Program-made: the position numbers and the translations under genes
Notes under the pieces: model-generated
Databases searched by the model: none
Told to the model about the DNA's origin: nothing
Seen by the model: only the letters and a program-made list of their open reading frames with translations
From: an uncultured Chthonomonadaceae bacterium
GTDB lineage: Bacteria > Armatimonadota > Chthonomonadetes > Chthonomonadales > Chthonomonadaceae
Reading direction: 5' to 3'
Assembly: GCA_963817895.1 (NCBI GenBank)
Contig: CAWFQB010000011.1
Location: 192,001 to 256,000 of the forward strand
Length of the DNA: 64,000 bases
Shown: in pieces, positions 20,055 to 29,787 of the stretch
How the letters are laid out: the number at the start of each line of letters is the position of its first letter
Numbering within the stretch: the first letter of the stretch is position 1

Positions 20055-20771
20055 ATGGCGGCGCAGTTCAACGTGGAACCTCGAAACATCAGGCGGGACA
20101 AAATCGGGTGGCTGTCGGCAACCCTGTTGAGCATGGTCTTTGCAGGTGGATGCGGACCTGCGGCCGACGACGGCAGCGGGCGACGGGCAAGCGCGCGCTC
20201 CGCTCTGGTTACGTCTGTGCCGCCGCAGGACGGGCAGGCGTTTCGTATCGGCGTCTTCGTTGCTGCTGTGGGGGGAGAGAAAGCCGTTCAGGACGCGCTA
20301 AGGCAGGCCGGGGAAGCCAATCATTTAGAAGTGGATATACAGCCGTTGGGCGCGGATGCGGCGGCGCAGGCCGCGTTGCTGGATCGCCAACCATCGCGCC
20401 GGACGGATGCGCTGCTGGTATGCGCCCTCAAACCGGCTGATCTGCAAACATTTCTACGTCAGTCTGCTGACAGGCAAATACCCGTCATGGTCGTGGAGTA
20501 TGCAGAAGCAGGTAATCTCCTGATACCCGCCAATTCTGCTGCTGCGGTTTCAACTCCGGTTGGGGCGGGCGCAAAGCAAACCGTCCCGGCTACGATCCAA
20601 AATGCTACCGCTTCGGCGCAAGATGTTGCAGGAAAGCGTGGGGCTTTGCTGACCCTGCTTCACAACGGCAAGTCTACCCGCCAACTGCTTGAAACCACGC
20701 CGCCGGAAATAGGCGCGACGGCTGTTACCGCACTGAGCGCGTACCTGCGCGGCGAAAAAATTAGTCGGTAG
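20055..20771 (+). CDS. Lipoprotein resembling a shortened sugar ABC periplasmic binding protein
   Basis: Lipobox FAGGC, RbsB-like segments (RIGVFV, DALLVC, IPVMVVE, PPEIGATAVTAL) and a position directly upstream of a sugar ABC ATPase. Confidence 0.5.
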   Translation: MAAQFNVEPRNIRRDKIGWLSATLLSMVFAGGCGPAADDGSGRRASARSALVTSVPPQDGQAFRIGVFVAAVGGEKAVQDALRQAGEANHLEVDIQPLGADAAAQAALLDRQPSRRTDALLVCALKPADLQTFLRQSADRQIPVMVVEYAEAGNLLIPANSAAAVSTPVGAGAKQTVPATIQNATASAQDVAGKRGALLTLLHNGKSTRQLLETTPPEIGATAVTALSAYLRGEKISR

Positions 20772-20801
20772 GGTATTACTACCCACATCAGGAGAACTCA
20801 T

Positions 20802-22331
20802 TTGACCACTGTGCCTTCCGCATCCGGCAGTTCCGCCGTTCCCGCTCTGGAAATGCGCCACATCAGCAAGTAGTATCCCGGCGTTCAGGCGCTCGAAGAC
20901 GTGTCGCTGACCGTGCGGCGAGGGCGAAATCCACGCCCTGCTCGGCGAGAACGGCGCGGGCAAGTCCACGCTGATGAAGATTCTGGCGGGCGCGGAGCAT
21001 CGGGACGGCGGCGAAATTCTGCTTGACGGGCAGCCCGTCACCATTGACAGCCCGCAGAAGGCGATGGAGCTGGGCATCTCCATCATCTATCAGGAGTTCA
21101 ACCTCGTGCCCTATCTCAGCGCGGGCGAAAACATCTATCTGGGCCGCGAACCCCGCGCCGCCCTGCCCGGCTTCGTGGATTTCAAGACGCTGTACCGGGA
21201 CGCGCAGAAGGTGATTGACGCGCTGGGCGTTCGCATTGACGCCCGAACGCCCGTCAACCAACTCAGCGTGGCGCAGCAGCAGATGGTCGAAATCGCCAAG
21301 GCGACCAGCAAAAAGTCGCAGAATCATCGTGATGGACGAGCCGAGCGCGACCCTGACCGACCACGAACTTGTCGCGCTGTTCGGCCTGATGCGGCAACTG
21401 AAAAGTCGAGGGCGTCAGCATCGTCTATATTTCGCACCGGCTGGAAGAGGTTTTCGAGGTGTGCGACCGGGCGACCATCATGCGCGACGGAACTCATATC
21501 GCCACAATGGACGTGAAAGACCTGACCCGCGACGAGATCATCCGCCTGATGGTCGGGCGCGAACTGAAGGACGCGATTCCCAAAGTGGCCGCGCCGCTCG
21601 GCGCTCCCGCGCTTGCCGTGAAAACATCTGAACCGAACGGGCGTTCTGCACGACATCAATTTCGAGGTGCGGCAGGGCGAAGTGCTGGGCATTGCGGGAC
21701 TGGTGGGCGCGGGGCGCACGGAAACCGCCCGGGTCATCTTCGGGGCCGACCCGCTGGACAGCGGCACGATTGAGGTGTTCGGCAAGCCCGTCACCATCCG
21801 GTCGCCGCAGGACGCCATCAAGCACGGCATCGGCCTGGTCACGGAGGATCGCAAACAGCAGGGGCTGGTGCTGGGCATGGCCGTGCGCGAAAACAACACG
21901 CTCGCCAATCTTGGAGCGCTGTCGGTCGCTGGGCTTCATCAAGCGCAATGAGGAGAGGAAGGTGGCGGAAAAGTACACGGCAGAGCCTTGCCATCAAAAC
22001 GCCGACGATCGAGCAGACCGTGCAGAACCTGTCGGGCGGCAATCAGCAGAAAGTGGTTCTGGCGAAATGGCTGTTCACCGGCTCCAAAATTCTGATTTTC
22101 GACGAGCCGACGCGCGGCATTGACGTGGGCGCGAAAAGCGAAATCTACAAACTGATGAACGAACTGGCCGCGAAGGGCGTCGCCATCATCATGATCTCGT
22201 CGGAACTGCCGGAAGTGCTGGGCATGAGCGACCGTATTCTGGTCATGCACGAGGGCCGCATCACGGGCGAACTGTCCCGCGCCGAAGCCACGCAGGAAAA
22301 AATCATGACGCTGGCAACCGGCGGCGAGTAA
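20802..22331 (+). CDS. Sugar ABC transporter ATP-binding protein (RbsA/MglA type), multiple frameshifts and one in-frame TAG
   Basis: [54 protein letters not shown] and [13 protein letters not shown] are spread over several frames. Confidence 0.88.
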
Positions 22332-22366
22332 ATTGTTTTTCCTGTTTGTGAGCAAGGAGTTATAGA

Positions 22367-23017
22367 ATGGCAGAAGAACCGCAGAACTATCCACCAATAA
22401 CGCCGCAACAGGTTCCGCCTGTCATGCCAACGCAGGCGTATCCTGCTTCACAGCCCACATCGTATGCGCCGCAACCGCCGCAGTATCAGCCACAGCAGTA
22501 CGCGCCCATGCCGCCGCCGCCGATGTCCGTTACGCCCGCGCAGGGCAAGCCGATACGTAAAGGGAAAGGCGGGAGCGCGGCCTTAGTGTGGCTGTTGGGG
22601 TGCGCTGGCCTGTTCGCTGTGGTGTTCATAGTGGGCATCGCCTACTTCACCATGAACGTTGGCAATACCATCAGCAGTTCTACCCGGTCGCTGCCGACGG
22701 CGCAGCAGAATCTGGAGGAAATACGCGCCGCGCTGGATACCTATACCGCCGCGCATCAGGGCCAGTATCCCCCCACGCTGGACAAGATCGTGGATGCCGA
22801 CGCGCTGGTGTATACTACCCCAAAAGGAGTAAAAGTACACGTCGAGTACACGCCGCCAAACGAGAATTCCGCGCCGGACGCGGGCGTAGCCGGGTTTTAT
22901 CTGGCCGACATAATGAAGTTTCAACAGCTCATGGAACAGAAGTCGTACATTCGCCTGCTGAAAAACGGCGTGATCGTTCAGGAGCAGATCACCCGGTCGC
23001 CCCTGCCGGACCGCTAA
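22367..23017 (+). CDS. Membrane-anchored hypothetical protein with a Pro/Gln-rich N-terminus and a pilin-like helix
   Basis: PQ-rich region, one TM helix, then QQNLEEIRAALDTYTAAHQGQYPPTL, which resembles pseudopilin globular domains. Confidence 0.6.
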   Translation: MAEEPQNYPPITPQQVPPVMPTQAYPASQPTSYAPQPPQYQPQQYAPMPPPPMSVTPAQGKPIRKGKGGSAALVWLLGCAGLFAVVFIVGIAYFTMNVGNTISSSTRSLPTAQQNLEEIRAALDTYTAAHQGQYPPTLDKIVDADALVYTTPKGVKVHVEYTPPNENSAPDAGVAGFYLADIMKFQQLMEQKSYIRLLKNGVIVQEQITRSPLPDR

Positions 23018-23069
23018 ATTCCGGCGGAACAAAGACTGCTGCCAAAGCCGATTTATAGCCTGCTTCGAG

Positions 23070-23119
23070 GCCCGCCCTGCTGTTCCCGTTCGCCACAACG
23101 GGGAACATGGCGGGCTTTT
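23070..23119 (+). terminator. Probable intrinsic terminator
   Basis: Stem GCCCGCC..TGTTCCCGTT / AACGGGGAACA..GGCGGGC followed by TTTT. Confidence 0.55.
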
Positions 23120-23140
23120 CCACGTCTGCTTTAAGGGCAA

Positions 23141-23224
23141 GGTATTCAGGTGTTCGGGTATTCAGGTGTTCGGGTATTCAGGTGTTCGGGTATTCAGGTG
23201 TTCGGGTATTCAGGTGTTCGGGTA
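23141..23224 (+). repeat. 16-bp tandem repeat x5 (GGTATTCAGGTGTTCG)
   Basis: Five identical adjacent copies with no spacers. Confidence 0.95.
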
Positions 23225-23284
23225 ATTCGAGAACTCCGCTACGGACAGCGGAACTCTAAACAGGTGATGTAAAGGGGCGTGGGT

Positions 23285-24652
23285 ATGCAGCGGAAAACGC
23301 AGTCTCGCAGGGCGGCCAATCAGGCGCGAACAAAACAGGCGGTGCGCAACGCGGTTGCCGAGGTGAAAGACGCCACGCAGCCGCGCAGGAAACCGCCGCC
23401 CAAAAGCGGTTTTTCGTGGCTGGCGGCGATTGGCGCGGGCGCAATGGTCGTCTGGAAAAGCTGGAAAGCCGGGAAAGAGCCTGCGCCGATGGGCTACGAT
23501 AACCAATCCGCCACGCAACTTCACGCCCAAATGGAACGCGAAGCGCGACAGGGCGGTTCCGGCGCGACACCGAATACGATACAGCAGGATAACGCCCGAA
23601 CTGCAAGCAACAGCCGGAATACGAGTACCGAACTGCTGGAACGAAAATCATCAGGAAACTCAGGCGACAACGTTCCTTCTCGCGGCTCTTCCCTGAATGG
23701 ACAAAACGACGAACATTCGGCGCGGGATGTTGAAGCATCGAAGGACGCGCCCAAAGTGGATGACGGGCCGCTTGCTCTCGCGAAAGAGTTTTACAAGCGT
23801 TTTAGTGAAGATGAAGTTATGACGCGAGCTTCCGCGCTGGCATTCGTGGGCGTGTTCTCGCTTGTGCCGATTTTGCTGTTCGCCATTATCGCGCTTGGGT
23901 TTGTGTTCCGCGACCCGGCGGAAGCCAACCGGCATGTCCAGAACTTCGTCACGCAAATGCTGCCGGGTGAGTCGGCCTCGAAAGCCGCAAACGATGTGCT
24001 GGCGCAAACCCATCTGGTGGAAACAGCGCAGGACATGACTCGTCACGCCGGATTGCCGCTGTTTATTGGCGTAGGTTCACTGCTATGGGCGGGAATTTCC
24101 CTGTTTGTCACCGCCACAACTCCGATGAACGCATCCTGGGATGTGACGGAAACGCGCAATTTCCTCAAACTACGCGTGATTTCTCTGGCAGTATTTTTAA
24201 GCGCGGGTCTGGTGTTTGCCCTTTCCCTCGTCGCGTCTGCGTTACCCGGCGTAGTCAGCAGTTTAGGACTGCCGTTTTTCGGCACGGCAGGCCACGTTCC
24301 CATCTGGATAGACATACTGAGCTACCTGATTGCTATTGCGCTGGATGTCGCCATGTTCGTCATCATTTACAAACTGCTGCCCAATGCCAGAGTGACATGG
24401 AAAGCGGCGCTGTTCAGCGGGGGCATTACCGGGCTGCTATGGGAAGCCTTCAAAATCGGTTTCGGCTACTATCTCACGCATTTCGGCGCGAACAGCAACA
24501 AGATGTACGGGGCGCTTGGCGGCATTGTCCTGCTCATCACCTGGATTTACTATTCCTGCGCCGTCCTGCTGTCCGGCGCGGAAGTTGGCAAAATGTACCA
24601 TGAGCATAAGGAAGAGGGTGGCGTGGCGCAGCGAACCCCGCGCGCAATATAA
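23285..24652 (+). CDS. YihY/virulence factor BrkB family membrane protein with a long N-terminal extension
   Basis: Motifs ASALAFVGVFSLVPILL, IYKLLPN and MYGALGGIVLLITWIYYS. Confidence 0.88.
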   Translation: MQRKTQSRRAANQARTKQAVRNAVAEVKDATQPRRKPPPKSGFSWLAAIGAGAMVVWKSWKAGKEPAPMGYDNQSATQLHAQMEREARQGGSGATPNTIQQDNARTASNSRNTSTELLERKSSGNSGDNVPSRGSSLNGQNDEHSARDVEASKDAPKVDDGPLALAKEFYKRFSEDEVMTRASALAFVGVFSLVPILLFAIIALGFVFRDPAEANRHVQNFVTQMLPGESASKAANDVLAQTHLVETAQDMTRHAGLPLFIGVGSLLWAGISLFVTATTPMNASWDVTETRNFLKLRVISLAVFLSAGLVFALSLVASALPGVVSSLGLPFFGTAGHVPIWIDILSYLIAIALDVAMFVIIYKLLPNARVTWKAALFSGGITGLLWEAFKIGFGYYLTHFGANSNKMYGALGGIVLLITWIYYSCAVLLSGAEVGKMYHEHKEEGGVAQRTPRAI

Positions 24653-24732
24653 AAGCCTTTTCTGGTTCCATCAAAAATTGCGACTTCTGTGTTAGAATAA
24701 TCTAAGAGTGTAGAAACGGGAGGAACAAAAGC

Positions 24733-24987
24733 ATGGTAGTTGTCAATATTTCGCTTCCTGACCAGATAAAGCAGTATGTGGATAACCGCCTTGATGAGGG
24801 CGGCTACAGCGATCCCAGCGCGTTCTTTCTTGATCTGGTTCGGCAGGATCAGGAGCATCGGGCGCAGGAACGGCTAGAAATGCCGCTTCAGGAGGGCCTT
24901 GATAGCGGAGGTACTATTGAAATAACCCCGGAGTACGTTCAGCGCAAGCGCGCGGAATTGATAGACCGTATCAGTTCTGTTGTATAG
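24733..24987 (+). CDS. ParD-like (CC2985 family) ribbon-helix-helix antitoxin
   Basis: Motifs NISLPDQIKQYVD, GGYSDPSAFFLDLVR and EGLDSG. Confidence 0.8.
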   Translation: MVVVNISLPDQIKQYVDNRLDEGGYSDPSAFFLDLVRQDQEHRAQERLEMPLQEGLDSGGTIEITPEYVQRKRAELIDRISSVV

Positions 24988-24999
24988 TAGGAGGCGGCT

Positions 25000-25296
25000 A
25001 TGACTACCTTGAATGTTTCTGTGACACCGGAACTTGCCGACTTTGTGAACGAGAAGGTGACAAGCGGAATATACCCCTCCGCCAGTGAAGTGGTTGGAGC
25101 AAGTCTGCGCCTGTTCAAAGAGCAGGAGGAACTACGCCGAGTTCGTGAGGAAGAATTGCGCAAAGAAATCGCTATCGGCACGGAGCAGTTGGAGCGCGGG
25201 GAAGGAACCGTGTATGCTTCCGCTAAAGAGTTCGCCGACAAGATAAAGGCGGAAGGCCGCAAGCGCGTTGCGGCTCAGAAGATGGCTGAAGCATGA
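25000..25296 (+). CDS. Second ParD-like (CC2985 family) antitoxin
   Basis: LNVSVTPELADFVNEKVTSGIYPSASEVV. Its stop overlaps the toxin start (ATGA). Confidence 0.85.
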   Translation: MTTLNVSVTPELADFVNEKVTSGIYPSASEVVGASLRLFKEQEELRRVREEELRKEIAIGTEQLERGEGTVYASAKEFADKIKAEGRKRVAAQKMAEA

Positions 25297-25595
25297 AGGA
25301 ACTGTTTATTACCCGCGCCGCAGAAGCGGACGTGTTGGAGATATAGGTCTACCTGTTCGAGAAAAGCGAACACGCGGCAGACCGCGTCGTGGATGAACTC
25401 ACGCGGCAGTATGCGTTACTTTGCGAGTTCCCGATGATGGGCCGTTCCCGTTCCGAGTACGGAGGCAGCTATCGCAGTTTTCCTATGGGCGATTACGTGA
25501 TATTTTATCGCGTTAGAGAGAAGTTGTTGGAGATTTCGCGCGTTGTGCATGGCTCACGCGACCTCACCAACCTCTTTACATCGGAGGATGAATAA
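25293..25595 (+). pseudogene. ParE/RelE family toxin with an in-frame TAG at codon 18
   Basis: MKELFITRAAEADVLEI*VYL...FPMMGRSR...YVIFYR...ISRVVHGSRDL. TAG at 25344-25346 falls where ParE usually has Trp. Confidence 0.8.
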
Positions 25596-25667
25596 TCGCA
25601 ATGCGTAAAAATCCCCGCTTGCCGGCAAATTTGAAGCGCATGGCCTCTGATTGCGTTGTCAATTACG

Positions 25668-25692
25668 GGAACCTGATTTAAGCCGCTACGTC
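25668..25692 (+). promoter_or_regulatory. Possible ECF sigma promoter
   Basis: GGAAC-16 bp-CGTC upstream of a general stress protein gene. Confidence 0.3.
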
Positions 25693-25777
25693 ATTTCATT
25701 GTGCAATGATGTGGCGGTTTCGCGTTTTATGCTACCGGCCTGTCCGCGTCATGAACACCATTTTGAAGGAGAAAACA

Positions 25778-26296
25778 ATGCCTGCGACTATTGAAAAGAA
25801 TGTGGATACGGAAGAGCAGATTAAGAAAATCAATGGCCTTATTAAAGGTATACGCATCGCCATGCTGACAACCGAAGAAGAGGATGGCAGCCTGCGCAGC
25901 CGTCCGATGGCGACGCAGGAAGAAGAGTTCGATGGAACGCTCTGGTTCTTCACGTATGCGGATTCGGGCAAGGTGTTCGAGGTGCAGCATGATAAGCATG
26001 TCAATGTGAGTTACGCGGACCCCGGCGCGAATACTTATGTGTCTGTGAGCGGCACGGCGCGGCTGATACGCGATCAGCAAAAGGCGCGGGAACTGTGGAA
26101 GCCCGCCCTCAAAGCCTGGTTTCCCGACGGCGCGGACGACCCTAATCTGGCGCTGTTGAAAGTGGACGTGGACAAGTCCGAGTATTGGGATAGCCCCTCC
26201 AACAAAATCGTTATCGCGCTGGGATTGGTGAAAGCCCTCGCTACCGGCAAACCCGCCAACAACATTGGCGAGAACAAAGAAGTGGTATTGAAGTAG
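25778..26296 (+). CDS. Pyridoxamine 5'-phosphate oxidase-like general stress protein
   Basis: RBS AAGGAG. Motifs AMLTT, LRSRPM, LWFFT, YVSVSG, AWFPDG and EYWD. Confidence 0.88.
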   Translation: MPATIEKNVDTEEQIKKINGLIKGIRIAMLTTEEEDGSLRSRPMATQEEEFDGTLWFFTYADSGKVFEVQHDKHVNVSYADPGANTYVSVSGTARLIRDQQKARELWKPALKAWFPDGADDPNLALLKVDVDKSEYWDSPSNKIVIALGLVKALATGKPANNIGENKEVVLK

Positions 26297-26475
26297 GAAT
26301 ACAGGAACAGTAAACCCCGCATACTCCAATGTCAGCGGGACAGTCAGACGATATTCGCTATATCGGTCAACATATCAGAACGCGGATTGTCATTTTTAAG
26401 ATAATCCGCGTTTTTATGTGACAAACAGCGCGTAAATTTGCTATAATAGTGTCCCAAAGCGATAAGGGGGGTGAA

Positions 26476-27120
26476 ATGCTTGAACAGGCGACCCATGCCG
26501 ATACATGCGCAATCGTCCTTACCGGCGGGAAATCCTCGCGGATGGGACAGGATAAAGCTCTGCTTGAGTATGAGGGCAGAACGTTTTTAGAACACGTTAT
26601 CGCTGCCGCGCGCCCTCTGGCGCGTGAGGTTTTGCTGGTTACAGATCGGGTGGACAGGTACGCCGTGCCGGATGTTCGCGTAATAGTGGATTTTCTGGCG
26701 GACAGCGGGCCGGTTGCCGGAATCGTAAGCGGGCTGATGGCGGCAGGGCCGGGGATACACTTTGTTGTTCCGTGCGACATGCCACTGGTCCGTGGCAGCG
26801 TCTTGAAAATGCTGCTCGGCGCGTGTTCTCCCTCGTGGGATGCCGCAATTCCTGAACTTCATGGGGAACCGGAACCGCTTTATGCCGTCTATAAAGATAC
26901 GGCGTTGCCTAAACTGCGCCGTTATTTGGACAGTGGGCGGCGCTCGGCGCGTGGAGCGCTGGCCGAACTCAACGTTAATACAATTGGCATGGAAGCCCTG
27001 CGCCATGCCGACCCCGAACTGGCAAGTTTCCACAATATCAACACGCCGCAAGAACTTGCGCTGCTGCTTGCATCGCGGCCTGAATCTTTTTCAAACGCTT
27101 CGAATGTCCTGCTGCCTTGA
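26476..27120 (+). CDS. mobA: Molybdenum cofactor guanylyltransferase
   Basis: Motifs LTGGKSSRMGQDKALL, GPVAGI, PCDMP, EPLYAVY and NINTP. Confidence 0.9.
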   Translation: MLEQATHADTCAIVLTGGKSSRMGQDKALLEYEGRTFLEHVIAAARPLAREVLLVTDRVDRYAVPDVRVIVDFLADSGPVAGIVSGLMAAGPGIHFVVPCDMPLVRGSVLKMLLGACSPSWDAAIPELHGEPEPLYAVYKDTALPKLRRYLDSGRRSARGALAELNVNTIGMEALRHADPELASFHNINTPQELALLLASRPESFSNASNVLLP

Positions 27121-27185
27121 TGCGTCAGGACAAAACGCGGCTCACCCGGGATCAGGAATGGCTGATCCCTGAATGATTGCACCTT

Positions 27186-28589
27186 ATGGCTTTAGAAGAC
27201 ACGATTTTTGCTTATCCTGACCAACTGGAAATCTTACCCCTGACGCATCCTGTAAATGCGATTGTAGATGTTCCCGGCTCCAAAAGTATTACCAACCGCG
27301 CCCTGATTCTGGCTGCTCTTGCAAGGGGAACTTCGCAGCTGCGCGGCGCTCTGGAAGCCGACGATACCCGCGTAATGCTCGAATCCTTACAAACGCTTGG
27401 CATAGCCGCAACTCGCGAAATCCGGTATCAAAAACCGGCATCCCCGATTACGCCGAATGTGGCAAACGCCGTTCGGGAGGCAGGCTACAACAGCGGGCAA
27501 ACGGAAACTGCCACGATTACGGTCACCGGGCAGGGCGGACGAATTCCCAATAACGTCGCGGATTTATCCGTCGGCAATTCAGGCACGTCTATTCGCTTTT
27601 TAACGGCTTTATGCGCGCTTGGAAGGGGAACCTATACGCTGGATGGCGTGGCCCGAATGCGCGAGCGCCCGCAGGCGGATTTGCTGAATGCCCTGCAAAC
27701 GCTCGGCGTGAATGCCACTTCGGTGGAGAATACGGGCTGCCCTCCTCTTCGGGTGGAAAGCGAACATGGGCTACAGGGCGGCACGGTGCGGCTACGCGCC
27801 GAGGCCAGCAGCCAGTTCCTGACTGCGCTGTTAATGACGGCCCCTTATGCGGCAGGCGATGTTCGCTTAGAGATTTTGGGAACCTACCGTCCCCTGTATG
27901 TGGAGATTACCCGGCGTATGATGGCGCAATGGGGCGTACAGGTGGATGTCGAGAAGAACCGCTTTCACATTTCTCACGGGCAGCAATACACGGCGCAGGA
28001 AGCATACGACATTGAACCGGACGCTTCCAGCGCGTCCTACTTTTTTGCCGCTGCCGCTGTTACGGGCGGCAAAGTGACGGTACGGGGCCTGAACGCGGAT
28101 GCGCTACAGGGAGATGTGCTGTTCGCGACGGAAGTGCTGGCGGAAATGGGCTGCGAGGTTTCGGAGGCGGCGGAGGGTCTGACGGTAGTTGGCCCGCCGG
28201 ATGGCAAATTGCGCGGCGTGGATCGCGACATGAGTCTTATTTCCGATACCGCGCTCACTCTGGCCGCGATTGCCCCCTTCGCGGACGCGCCTACCACGAT
28301 TCGCAACATCGCCCATACGCGCCTACAGGAATGTGACCGCATTGCGGCGGTTTGCGCGGAATTACGGCGAATGGGCGTTCAGGTAGACGAGCGCCCCGAC
28401 GGGTATACAGTACATCCGGCGCAGGCAATCCAACCCGCAACCGTGCAAACGTATCACGATCATCGCGTCGCCATGAGTTTTGCCCTTGTCGGCCTGCGCG
28501 CATCCGGCATTGTGATAGACAATCCCGCCTGCGTCGCCAAAACATTTCCGGGCTACTGGCAGGCGCTTGAGGGTTTGCAAACGGCCTGA
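27186..28589 (+). CDS. aroA: 3-phosphoshikimate 1-carboxyvinyltransferase (EPSP synthase)
   Basis: Motifs PGSKSITNRAL, GNSGTSIRFL, RMRERP, SSQFLTALL, EPDASSASYF, QECDRI, DHRVAMSF and CVAKTFP. Confidence 0.96.
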   Translation: MALEDTIFAYPDQLEILPLTHPVNAIVDVPGSKSITNRALILAALARGTSQLRGALEADDTRVMLESLQTLGIAATREIRYQKPASPITPNVANAVREAGYNSGQTETATITVTGQGGRIPNNVADLSVGNSGTSIRFLTALCALGRGTYTLDGVARMRERPQADLLNALQTLGVNATSVENTGCPPLRVESEHGLQGGTVRLRAEASSQFLTALLMTAPYAAGDVRLEILGTYRPLYVEITRRMMAQWGVQVDVEKNRFHISHGQQYTAQEAYDIEPDASSASYFFAAAAVTGGKVTVRGLNADALQGDVLFATEVLAEMGCEVSEAAEGLTVVGPPDGKLRGVDRDMSLISDTALTLAAIAPFADAPTTIRNIAHTRLQECDRIAAVCAELRRMGVQVDERPDGYTVHPAQAIQPATVQTYHDHRVAMSFALVGLRASGIVIDNPACVAKTFPGYWQALEGLQTA

Positions 28590-28596
28590 TCTTGCT

Positions 28597-29289
28597 TTAT
28601 TCCGTTTCGGCAGGAGTACGCGCGGAACGCCGGACGCGCTGCCACGTCCGCTGTAGCCGCCATTCCACGCCGTCAAGCCAGATGTCCACGATCTCATACA
28701 GCGCCCACAGCAGAAACGCGAAGGCGATGATAATGGCAAGCAGGGTGGGAGAAAACAGGGCGTGAAGCGCGACACTCCCCACATAGCCGGGGCGGGTTAT
28801 AATATCCCACGAATTCAGCCGGACGATCAATCCCATGTACACGCCGAGCGACATGAGCAGGTAGAAGGGCGCGGCGAGAGGAAGCAGCGAAACGCGGTTT
28901 TGCCGTAGCGCCTGCGCGACAAGCCGAATGGAAAGCGCGTAGCACAACACGCCCAACGCGCTATACGTGACAAAGAACAAGCCCTGTTCGGCAACGATAA
29001 GTTTCAAAATTGGTATTTCCGCCACCTCCTGCCGGAGCGCGACGGGGCCGGCATCGAACAGGAAATGCCGCCACTCCGTCAGCAGATAGCAGGTATTGGG
29101 CAGAAAAAAGAACCAGACCAGCGCAGGCAGAATCAGGCCGGGCCAAGCGGCGGGATGCTGTCGCCATTCGCCGTATTTCCGCCGCGCGTTTATCAAACCA
29201 TTCGCGAACAGCCCGCCCGCAACAACGGGAATAATCGCCAGAAACAGATTCCAGCACAGCCAGCGCCAATTCATCCACATTCCACGCAC
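28597..29289 (-). CDS. DUF1361 family membrane protein
   Basis: Motifs WNLFLAIIP, WFFFLPNTCYLLTE and GVYMGLIVRLNSWDII. Confidence 0.85.
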   Translation of the reverse strand: MRGMWMNWRWLCWNLFLAIIPVVAGGLFANGLINARRKYGEWRQHPAAWPGLILPALVWFFFLPNTCYLLTEWRHFLFDAGPVALRQEVAEIPILKLIVAEQGLFFVTYSALGVLCYALSIRLVAQALRQNRVSLLPLAAPFYLLMSLGVYMGLIVRLNSWDIITRPGYVGSVALHALFSPTLLAIIIAFAFLLWALYEIVDIWLDGVEWRLQRTWQRVRRSARTPAETE

Positions 29290-29423
29290 TCTCCGTTCCT
29301 TATCATCATAGAGGATTATGGCAAGCGGCTTTCGGTTCCCTACATTTTCCGAAAGACACGGTTGAAAAACCTCTTCTTTCGATACGGCGATGAATGGCAG
29401 TTATGTTTCCTGACAGGGTATTT

Positions 29424-29630
29424 TCAGGCCGGGGGAGCGCCATTTCGGGTCAGGTTATAGCCCAGGCGCGTCAGGGCCGCGCCACAGAACAGATACAGCC
29501 AGCCGGGGAGTTGAGTTTGCAGGATGGCAGCAATTCCGGCGAACAGCCAGAGCAGGCCGACAAACAACACAAACCAACCCCATATTTTGCGCGAATTCGG
29601 CATTTTGTTTCTCCCAAACATTTTCAGCAA
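29424..29630 (-). CDS. Small two-TM hypothetical protein
   Basis: A 68-aa ORF with two hydrophobic helices, co-directional with the DUF1361 gene. Confidence 0.4.
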   Translation of the reverse strand: MLKMFGRNKMPNSRKIWGWFVLFVGLLWLFAGIAAILQTQLPGWLYLFCGAALTRLGYNLTRNGAPPA

Positions 29631-29668
29631 ACATTCTCAACGCTCAACGCTTCCTGCTTGATACTTAA

Positions 29669-29770
29669 GAGCCTATCCCAATAGGCCGGGTACAGAGAAC
29701 GTACCCGTCTGAGTGGCCTACGGCCAGGCGTCCTTCGGACGCAAATGCAATCGCCTGTTGGGATAGGCTC
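29669..29770. mobile_element. 102-bp MITE with 18-bp terminal inverted repeats and a TAA target duplication
   Basis: Ends GAGCCTATCCCAATAGGC and GCCTGTTGGGATAGGCTC (1 mismatch), flanked by TAA on both sides, with three internal hairpins. Confidence 0.75.
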
Positions 29771-29787
29771 TAAATCGGAGATAGACG

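Noticed and set aside
23141..23224. Possible CRISPR array
   Set aside because: The repeats are directly adjacent 16-mers with no spacers, and there are no cas genes in the window.
20871..25346. Amber stop reassignment or pyrrolysine readthrough (in-frame TAG in the ABC ATPase and ParE)
   Set aside because: Many genes here end normally at TAG (20010, 24987, 26296, 57376, cysS), and no pyl genes are visible. Point mutation or base-call error is simpler.
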